A stretch of 64,000 nucleotides of DNA from contig OY279575.1 of NCBI GenBank assembly GCA_958267355.1, positions 1,246,295 to 1,310,294 on the forward strand, written 5' to 3'. This DNA comes from an uncultured Alphaproteobacteria bacterium. Its GTDB lineage: Bacteria > Pseudomonadota > Alphaproteobacteria > JALCBB01. How positions within the stretch are numbered: the stretch's first letter is position 1; each line of letters starts with the position of its first letter. The translations under genes and the position numbers were made by a program. The notes beneath the pieces are model-generated. The model was not told where the DNA came from and searched no databases. It was given only the letters and a program-made list of their open reading frames with translations. This document shows, one piece after another, positions 57,375 through 64,000 of the stretch.

Positions 57375-58031
57375 GTGGCACAGGATTCCTTACGCAGAGT
57401 CTTTGACGCGAGCGACAAGTCGCTACTGATTGCCAGCCACAACGCAGGCAAGGTAGAAGAATTCGCCGCCTTGCTAAAACCGCTTGGCGTGCGGGCTGTG
57501 GCGGCAGGTGATTTGGGCGTAGCCGAAGCGGTAGAAGACGCGAGCGACTTTGCAGGAAACGCACGTCTGAAGGCGCAAGCGGCGGCGGGGGCTACGGGGC
57601 GCATTGCTCTCGGAGACGACTCGGGGCTTAGTGTTGCGGCATTAGATGGTGCGCCTGGATTACTTTCTGCACGCTGGGCGGAAAGGCAAGACGCGCGGGG
57701 CGAGACAATCCGCGATTTTTCCTACGCTATGGAGCAGGTACAGCGGGCTTTACAAAAACGCGGCGTTGAGCCAAGTGGAGCAAGCGCACAGTTTGTTTGC
57801 GCCTTGTGCCTAGCCGAGCCAAGCGGACAAGCCGCCAGCTTTACGGGCGCAGTGAAGGGCAGGCTTACCTTTCCGCCACGGGGTGGGCGGGGGTTTGGCT
57901 ATGACCCGATTTTTATTCCTGAAGGTGAAAGCCGCACCTTTGGCGAAATGCCGCGTTTAGAAAAGGAGTCACAAAGCCACCGCGCCCGTGCTTTTGCCGA
58001 ACTGATGGCGTGGCTTGATGAAACTTCTTGA
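57375..58031 (+). CDS. rdgB: non-canonical purine NTP pyrophosphatase (RdgB/Ham1)
   Basis: LLIASHNAGKVEEFAALL...GDDSGLSVAALDGAPGLLSARWA...FGYDPIFIP. Confidence 0.9.
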   Translation: MAQDSLRRVFDASDKSLLIASHNAGKVEEFAALLKPLGVRAVAAGDLGVAEAVEDASDFAGNARLKAQAAAGATGRIALGDDSGLSVAALDGAPGLLSARWAERQDARGETIRDFSYAMEQVQRALQKRGVEPSGASAQFVCALCLAEPSGQAASFTGAVKGRLTFPPRGGRGFGYDPIFIPEGESRTFGEMPRLEKESQSHRARAFAELMAWLDETS

Positions 58032-58095
58032 ACACAAACCCGTTAAAGCAAACCCGTTAAAGCAAATTCTTTAAAGCAAAAGCGCGAGGCAAAAA

Positions 58096-59622
58096 GTGAG
58101 TCAAGGCGTGAGCGAAGGTATGAGTCAAAGCCTAAGCGCGTTGCAGTCTGGCGGTGCATCTCCCTTGGCGGATGCATCTGCTCCTGCTTTTGGAGTCTAT
58201 CTGCACTGGCCGTTTTGTGCGTCTAAGTGTCCGTATTGCGACTTCAACAGCCATGTCCGTGATGCTGTTGATACGGCGGCTTGGCAAGAAGCCTTGTGTG
58301 CTGAACTAGAAGATGCGGCGGCACATCTTTGGGCAAATCCACCCGATGCACCGCGCCAAGTTGCCAGTGTGTTTTTTGGCGGCGGAACCCCTTCGCTTAT
58401 GCCGCCTGAATGCGTAGCCGCGATTCTTGAGAAGGTGCAGGCTCTGTGGCAGAGCCTAGATGCAATAGAAATCACCTTGGAGTGTAATCCTAGCGATTTG
58501 GACGAAGCCCGTTGTCGTGGCTTGCGCGATGCGGGAGTTAATCGTTTGTCTATTGGAGTGCAATCGTTTGACGATGCGGTTTTGTCTTTTCTGGGTAGGC
58601 GGCACGATGGCGCACAGGCACGAGCGGCTTTAACGGCGGCGTGCAAAACTTTTCCGCGGGTTTCATTGGATATGATCTACGCTCATCCTGAACAGAGCGT
58701 TCGGGCGTGGCGCGAAGATTTGCACCAAGGACTCGCCTTCGCCACCGAACACGTATCTGCCTATCAATTGACTCTTGAGCCGAATACGCCTTTTTACGCT
58801 CAGGCACGGCGGGGTGTGTTTTCTGTACCTGGCGAAGACGCGGCTCTGGCTTTGTGGAATGAAACCCAAGAAGCGACTGTGCGGGCGGGTTTGGTGCGCT
58901 ATGAAACTTCTAATCATGCGCGTGGTGGTGTGGCGGGGGCGAGTCGCCATAACTTAGAGATTTGGCGGGGCGGAGATTATGCGGCGATTGGGCCCGGTGC
59001 ACATGGGCGCACTACAATAGAAACAAGTGCGCACGGGCGCACCACAATAGAAACAAGTGCGCACGGGCGCACCACAATAGAAACAAGTGCGCACGGGCGC
59101 ACCACAATAGAAACAAGTGCGCACGGGCGCACTACAATTGAAACAAGTGCGCACGGGCGCACCACGATGGAAACAAGTGCGCACGGGCGCACCACGATGG
59201 AAAGCCGAAGGCAAAACGAAGTACAAGACAAAAAGCGTATCGCCGTTTCGCGGATTGCTTCCCCCGAACGTTGGCTTGCCCTGCGGAGTACAGGCAAAGA
59301 CACCTTAAGCGAAGAACAGCTACTTTCAGCGGATGAAATCCGTGATGAAATTTTTTTGAATGGCTTGCGTCTTAGCACGGGGGTTTCGCGTGCCCGCCTG
59401 ACCCGCGAGACGGGATACCAAGACTTCCAGCAAGCCCTACCTGCTGACCGCCTGACAAGTCTTGTTGAAAGCGGCTTGCTGGTGCTGGACGAAACGGGCT
59501 TGCGCACCACAGAAGCAGGAGCTGTGCGCTTGAATGCAATCCTTGGCTATCTTTTGGCGCTTCCTGCGGGCGATAAAAAACGGGCGCAAGAAGAACAGGC
59601 ACAAGAAGTACAAGGCGTATAA
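58096..59622 (+). CDS. hemW: radical-SAM heme chaperone HemW (coproporphyrinogen-III-oxidase-like) with an in-frame 30-bp x7 tandem insertion
   Basis: GVYLHWPFCASKCPYCDFNS radical-SAM CxxxCxxC; AIGPGAHGR motif expanded by HGRTTIETSA x7. Confidence 0.85.
   Translation: MSQGVSEGMSQSLSALQSGGASPLADASAPAFGVYLHWPFCASKCPYCDFNSHVRDAVDTAAWQEALCAELEDAAAHLWANPPDAPRQVASVFFGGGTPSLMPPECVAAILEKVQALWQSLDAIEITLECNPSDLDEARCRGLRDAGVNRLSIGVQSFDDAVLSFLGRRHDGAQARAALTAACKTFPRVSLDMIYAHPEQSVRAWREDLHQGLAFATEHVSAYQLTLEPNTPFYAQARRGVFSVPGEDAALALWNETQEATVRAGLVRYETSNHARGGVAGASRHNLEIWRGGDYAAIGPGAHGRTTIETSAHGRTTIETSAHGRTTIETSAHGRTTIETSAHGRTTIETSAHGRTTMETSAHGRTTMESRRQNEVQDKKRIAVSRIASPERWLALRSTGKDTLSEEQLLSADEIRDEIFLNGLRLSTGVSRARLTRETGYQDFQQALPADRLTSLVESGLLVLDETGLRTTEAGAVRLNAILGYLLALPAGDKKRAQEEQAQEVQGV
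58985..59215 (+). repeat. perfect-to-near-perfect 30-bp tandem repeat x~7.5 inside hemW
   Basis: gcgcacgggcgcaccacaatagaaacaagt reiterated; the last two units carry atg-for-ata substitutions. Confidence 0.9.
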
Positions 59623-59652
59623 GCCTTGCCTATAGAACGTACCGTATAGGGC

Positions 59653-61368
59653 TTAGTTGGCTCTATCGCCAAACCGCTCGGGGGGTGGAGCGAGTAGTTG
59701 GTTTCCTGTTGCTGTTGCTTGATAGACGGCAAGGGCGCGTTCGTTTCCGCCATCGCGGCGGAGGCGAAACAAGCCCGCCACACCCGAAAACCCCTGCGGA
59801 CGAGTCAGTGCCGCAACGCCCCAAGGTGAAGTGTGTTTTTTCTGGCTTGGAGTTTCGCCCTGTGTTTTGTCTTGTGTTTCGTTTGATTTTTCTGTGTCTG
59901 AATTTTCTGTTTCTGTGTTTTTTGTATCTGTGTTTTCTGTATCTGTGTTTTTTGTATCTGTGTTTTTGGCTTTTTGTTTTTGCTGGTGGTCGCGGTAGAG
60001 CAAGACCGCTACCGCCGCCGCATCATACGCCGTGCCAGCAATCGCAGGCGGAGCATAGCCCAGCAAATTTTCAAAGCGGCTAGCAAAACGCGTCATTAAG
60101 GGTTCTGGCGGTACGGCAAACCACGAGCCATGCAAGGCGGGTTCTGCGCGCAAGGATATTTCAGCCCCGCCAGCGAAGGTGGCAAGGCGCACGGAATCAA
60201 ACTCTGCATCGTGGAAGGCGAAGCTGTTGGCGATTCCTGCTAAGCCGCGTCCGCCTGTTGTCAGGAGCAGTACATCATAACGCCGTGCGCGGTCTAAAAA
60301 GTAGCGGACAGACTCCGAAGCGATTGGATCAGACGCGTCGTGAAACCCTTCGGCGACCAGATCCAGCTGATTGTCATTGGCGAAGGCGCGTAGGCTTTCT
60401 ACGGCGACGAATCCTAGATCATCATTGGCGGAAAAGATTGCGAAGCGATACAAGCCTTGGGTTTGGGCTTGGGCGACGATGGCGGCGATTTGCGATTGTG
60501 GTGTGCGTCCGAGAATAAAGATTCCTTGGCGGGCGACTCGCAGGTCATTGGAAAAGGTGAGAAGCGAAATTCCGTGCGGAGATAAAATTTCTCCAGCGGC
60601 TTCGGCTTGGGCGGCGAACAAAGGCCCTAAGACTAAGCCGACTCCTGCTTCTACGGCGTTTTGGGCGGCTTGGCGGGCGGTGTCGGGGGTTTCGCCTGAG
60701 TCAAAGACAAGAAAGCGCAGTGGTTCATCTACCTTGCCGCCGTGGTCGGCGACAGCTAAGCCGATTGCGTCGAGCAGGGCATTGCCCAAGGCGGCGGAGC
60801 GTCCTGCAAGGGGGACAAGCACTCCGACTTGCAAGCCTTCGGGTTCGGGCAGAACAATTGTGCGGCTGGCGGTGATTAATCCTTCGGGCAGGGGTGCAAC
60901 GACAGCCCGTGGCGAGCCGCTTTTTTTGTCCTGTTTTTGTGCGGTTGTGGTGGTGTCGCTGTTGTCTGTCTTGTCGTTCTTGTCTGTTGTCTCGGGTGCT
61001 GATGCTTTTGGTGCTATCGTGGCGGGAGCTGTTGCGTTATTTTTGGCTTGCGACACCCGCTCGGGATTGGAGCAAGCCGCCAGTGCCACCAGAAGCGTTA
61101 GCCCCACGGCAAGACAGAGAGCAGAAACGGGTGCGGCGGGAGACGAAATGCGAAGCGGCACGAGCAGAAACACCAACAGGGACACGAGCGGGAAAACGAA
61201 CAGGAACACCAACAGGAACACGAGCAGGAAACAGCAACAGGGACAGGGACAGGGACACGAAGAGGAAAACGAAGACGAAAAGGTAAGCCATCGCGTGAAA
61301 GATCGTTTTGACAACTCTGACAGCATAGCACCTGCGGGCGAGTCGCGTGAGTCTCTCGAGGAGAGCAA
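59653..61368 (-). CDS. LpoA-like penicillin-binding-protein activator / Peripla_BP_6-family lipoprotein, with a TDTKNTDTEN repeat near the C-terminus
   Basis: lipobox LLVALAAC; periplasmic-binding fold blocks (GVLVPLAGRSAALGNALLDAIGLAV...); adjacent to yraN; the true start is probably internal (~61100), as the 5' end runs through a tandem repeat. Confidence 0.55.
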   Translation of the reverse strand: MLSSRDSRDSPAGAMLSELSKRSFTRWLTFSSSFSSSCPCPCPCCCFLLVFLLVFLFVFPLVSLLVFLLVPLRISSPAAPVSALCLAVGLTLLVALAACSNPERVSQAKNNATAPATIAPKASAPETTDKNDKTDNSDTTTTAQKQDKKSGSPRAVVAPLPEGLITASRTIVLPEPEGLQVGVLVPLAGRSAALGNALLDAIGLAVADHGGKVDEPLRFLVFDSGETPDTARQAAQNAVEAGVGLVLGPLFAAQAEAAGEILSPHGISLLTFSNDLRVARQGIFILGRTPQSQIAAIVAQAQTQGLYRFAIFSANDDLGFVAVESLRAFANDNQLDLVAEGFHDASDPIASESVRYFLDRARRYDVLLLTTGGRGLAGIANSFAFHDAEFDSVRLATFAGGAEISLRAEPALHGSWFAVPPEPLMTRFASRFENLLGYAPPAIAGTAYDAAAVAVLLYRDHQQKQKAKNTDTKNTDTENTDTKNTETENSDTEKSNETQDKTQGETPSQKKHTSPWGVAALTRPQGFSGVAGLFRLRRDGGNERALAVYQATATGNQLLAPPPERFGDRAN

Positions 61369-61379
61369 GGCGCGTGATT

Positions 61380-61735
61380 GGCGGCGGGGGCGGTTTGCTG
61401 AGACTTGGGTTTTGTGGCATTTGCGTTGGCGTGGCTGGCGGTTTGTGGCGCGGAACTGGCGGGGTCCTGCGGGAGAAATTGATTTGATTGTGCGCCGTGG
61501 TGCGATTTTGGCGTTTGTTGAGGTTAAGTTGCGTAGTGAGAAGAATGTGGGTGAGGTATTGAAGGCGCATCAGCGGCGGCGGCTTGAGCGTTCGGCGGAA
61601 GACTTTGCGGCGCGCTATGGAATGAGTCGGGCGCGGACTCCGCTGACTTTGCGTTTTGACTTGGCGGTTGTGGAGTCGCGCTATGGGTTGTGGCGGGTGC
61701 GTTATTTGGAAAGTGCTTGGCGGAGTGGCGATTAG
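61380..61735 (+). CDS. yraN: YraN family (UPF0102) protein
   Basis: GRFAETWVLWHLRWRGWRFVARNWRGPAGEIDLIVRRGAILAFVEVKLRS matches the YraN signature; no ATG nearby, so a non-ATG start is assumed; it is only the C-terminal part of the long ORF 60371..61735. Confidence 0.55.
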
Positions 61736-61736
61736 G

Positions 61737-62040
61737 CTAGGGATTAGACTGGGGATTAAGCAGGGGATTAGGCTAGTGATTTGAGCTGGTGATTTGGGCT
61801 GGAAATTGAGCTGGTGATTTAAGCTGGGAATTGGGCTAGTGATTAAGCTGGTGATTAAGCTGGTGATTAAGGCGATGATTAGCGTGGTGCTTGGGAGTGG
61901 ATTTGCGCCGAAGCTGTGCTTGCTCAAAGGTGCAGTCAAAAGCGCTATCACGGGCGGGATGAAAAGCCCAATCAAAAGCGAAATGAAGAGCGGAATCAAA
62001 AGCGGTATCACGAGCGGAAGATGCGATGCAGTGTACAACC
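61737..62040. repeat. two tandem repeats (~21-bp gctggtgatttaagctgg-like x7; 15-bp atcaaaagcggaatg-like x5) upstream of gshB
   Basis: direct reading. Confidence 0.85.
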
Positions 62041-62129
62041 AAGCGTGTAGCCAAGTGTCAAGCTGACTTTAAAATCAAGCGTGAAAGCAGGTGTGAAATC
62101 AGGTATGAAATGAAAAGAGTTCTAGCACG

Positions 62130-63098
62130 ATGAAACTGCGTATTGCTGTGCAAATGGATCCGCCTGAACAGCTTGTTCTGGCGGGCGATACGACTTTCGC
62201 GATGGCACTAGAAGCGACAAATCGCGGACATCAACTCTTTGCCTACACGCCTGACTCTTTGGCATTGGATGAAAGCTGGTTTCCTGTTGCGTGGGTGCAA
62301 AAATTAAACGCGAAGGCAAAGCCTGAGCGGTTTTATAGAAGTCAGCCTGCGACTTGTGAGTCGCTTGCGGCTTTTGATGTGGTGCTGGTGCGTCAGGATC
62401 CGCCGTATGATCTGCGGTATCTTACGGCGACTTGGTTTTTGGACTTCGCACGGGACAAAACATTAATTGTTAATGATCCGACAACTTTGCGCGATGCGCC
62501 TGAGAAGTTATGGATGGGCGCGTTGCGCGAGTCTATTCCGCGGACAATGACTAGCGATGACTTGGAGCAAGTCCGTGCCTTTGCCCAGACCTGTCCGCAC
62601 GGCGTTGTTCTCAAGCCGCTCTATGGCAATGGTGGCAGGGGGGTGGTGCGCACAAGTGCTAGCGATGAAAACCTGGCTTCGCTTTTGGAGTCCTGGGCAG
62701 ACGCCTGGCAGGCGCCACCGCAGGTTCAGGAATTTTTGCCCGCTGTGATGCAGGGTGACAAGCGTGTGCTTTTGATTGCGGGAGCGGTGGTGGGTGCGTT
62801 GAATCGTGTTCCTGCGGCGGGAGATTTTCGTGCCAACTTGCGGGTTGGAGCGACCAGCACGCCTTGTGGCTTGACCGACGGGGAGCAGGAAATATCTCAG
62901 CGGGTGGCGGATGCGCTGTGGCGGCGGGGTGTTTTTGTGGCGGGTTTGGATTTTATTGATGGCAGGCTTACGGAGGTGAATATTACTTCGCCGACGGGTT
63001 TTCGTGGTCTTGAAACTGCGGCGACAGGAAAGGTTTCTTGCAGTGCGCTTTTTTGGGATGCAGTGGAGCAGGCGGTAGAAGTCCGCCAGCAGAGATAG
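62130..63098 (+). CDS. gshB: glutathione synthetase
   Basis: MKLRIAVQMDPPEQL...VLVRQDPPYDLRYLTATWFLD...ATP-grasp C-terminal half. Confidence 0.92.
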   Translation: MKLRIAVQMDPPEQLVLAGDTTFAMALEATNRGHQLFAYTPDSLALDESWFPVAWVQKLNAKAKPERFYRSQPATCESLAAFDVVLVRQDPPYDLRYLTATWFLDFARDKTLIVNDPTTLRDAPEKLWMGALRESIPRTMTSDDLEQVRAFAQTCPHGVVLKPLYGNGGRGVVRTSASDENLASLLESWADAWQAPPQVQEFLPAVMQGDKRVLLIAGAVVGALNRVPAAGDFRANLRVGATSTPCGLTDGEQEISQRVADALWRRGVFVAGLDFIDGRLTEVNITSPTGFRGLETAATGKVSCSALFWDAVEQAVEVRQQR

Positions 63099-63110
63099 GG
63101 CAGGTGGTGT

Positions 63111-64000
63111 ATGGCACGGGCAGATAAAAAACCTACGGGCAAAAAGTCTTTGCGTAAAAAAGCTATGGGTAAAAAATCTTCGCGTAAAAAAGTTACGGGT
63201 AAAAACCCTGCGTATAAGAAAGCTACGGGTAAAAAATCTTCGCCTAGTACAATTGCGCGGAAAGAAACCATGCATAGAAAAACTACAGGTAAAAAAGCTA
63301 CAGGTAAAAAATCTTCACCTAGTACAATTGCACGGAAAGAAACTATGCATAGAAAAACTACAGATAAAAAGCATACGAATAAAAAGAATCCGAATAAAAC
63401 AATTACGGACAAAAAGAATACAAGCAAAAAAGCTACGCATAAAAAAACTTCGCGTAAAAACCCTGCGTATAAAAAAGCTTCGCGTAAGAAAGCTACGAGC
63501 AAAAAAGCGATTCCCCGTGCAACTTCTGCTCTGTCTGACCAAGAGTGCAAAAAGTTTTTTGCCGCTCTAGCCGCTGAACGCCCCGAGCCACAAGGCGAGC
63601 TACACTACACCAATTCCTATACTTTGCTGGTGGCGGTGGTGCTATCCGCGCAAGCCACCGATAGCGGAGTCAATCGCGCAACGGTTAATTTATTTCCCCT
63701 TGCTGACACGCCACAAAAAATGCTTGCCTTGGGAGAAGCCAAACTGCGCACCAAGATTCAAACCATTGGCTTGTATCGTACCAAGGCAAAAAATGTCATT
63801 GCTCTATCGCGGCAGCTCGTGAGCCACCACCAAGGACAAGTCCCCCAAGACCACGACTCGCTTGTAGCCTTGCCAGGGGTAGGACGCAAAACCGCGAATG
63901 TTGTTCGCAACATTGCTTTTGCCGCCGAGACGATTGCCGTTGATACCCATGTTTTTCGGGTTGCAAATCGCACGGGCTTGGCGGCGGGAAAAAACACCGA
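63111..64000 (+). CDS. nth: endonuclease III (Nth) with a ~145-aa Lys-rich repeat-containing N-terminal tail; 3' end outside window
   Basis: ATG at 63111 preceded by an aggtgg SD-like sequence; the frame stays open through the AAA-rich repeats into ELHYTNSYTLLVAVVLSAQATDSGVNRAT...LPGVGRKTANVV (HhH-GPD); not in the supplied ORF track because no stop lies within the window. Confidence 0.8.
   Translation, partial: MARADKKPTGKKSLRKKAMGKKSSRKKVTGKNPAYKKATGKKSSPSTIARKETMHRKTTGKKATGKKSSPSTIARKETMHRKTTDKKHTNKKNPNKTITDKKNTSKKATHKKTSRKNPAYKKASRKKATSKKAIPRATSALSDQECKKFFAALAAERPEPQGELHYTNSYTLLVAVVLSAQATDSGVNRATVNLFPLADTPQKMLALGEAKLRTKIQTIGLYRTKAKNVIALSRQLVSHHQGQVPQDHDSLVALPGVGRKTANVVRNIAFAAETIAVDTHVFRVANRTGLAAGKNT

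Noticed and set aside
60371-61735. 454-aa ORF on the + strand
   Set aside because: Most of it is antisense to the LpoA-like gene and is low complexity. Only the C-terminal ~118 aa (YraN signature) are credible.
62508-63550. Minus-strand ORFs 62508..63275 and 62897..63550, and + ORF 63253..63570
   Set aside because: They are antisense to, or out of frame with, gshB and the nth N-terminal tail. They arise because the AAA-rich repeat is free of stop codons in several frames.

Overview
The window looks like GC-rich alphaproteobacterial core chromosome. The gene order has a Rhizobiales/Rhodospirillales flavour: groES-groEL with a CIRCE operator, yceD-rpmF-plsX-fabH-ihfA-merR, aroA-cmk-rpsA-ihfB, hrcA-grpE divergent from rph-rdgB-hemW, lpoA-like/yraN-gshB-nth, etfBA, ileS, moeA-moaD, and four tRNAs (Pro-GGG, Glu-CTC, Pro-TGG, Arg-TCT). 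No transposase, integrase, reverse transcriptase, CRISPR array or rRNA was seen. The gene content is ordinary; the repeat content is not. (1) A composite dispersed element is present at seven or more loci here. It is built from small hairpin modules, shows compensatory changes around GCAA/TTGC tetraloops, and its ends sit exactly at stop codons or at the 3' ends of both tRNA-Pro genes. (2) Almost every intergenic region carries its own unrelated short tandem repeat. (3) Conserved housekeeping genes carry in-frame tandem or low-complexity insertions (hemW, ispE, aroA, pduO-type adenosyltransferase, rsmI, GNAT, yceD, grpE/hrcA). (4) Several proteins carry lysine-rich histone-H1-like tails (Nth, agmatinase, UbiK-like, GroES). 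A candidate roughly 185-nt sRNA with an extended -10 promoter and an intrinsic terminator lies between two tRNAs. Start codons of several genes are uncertain because 5' regions run into repeats.
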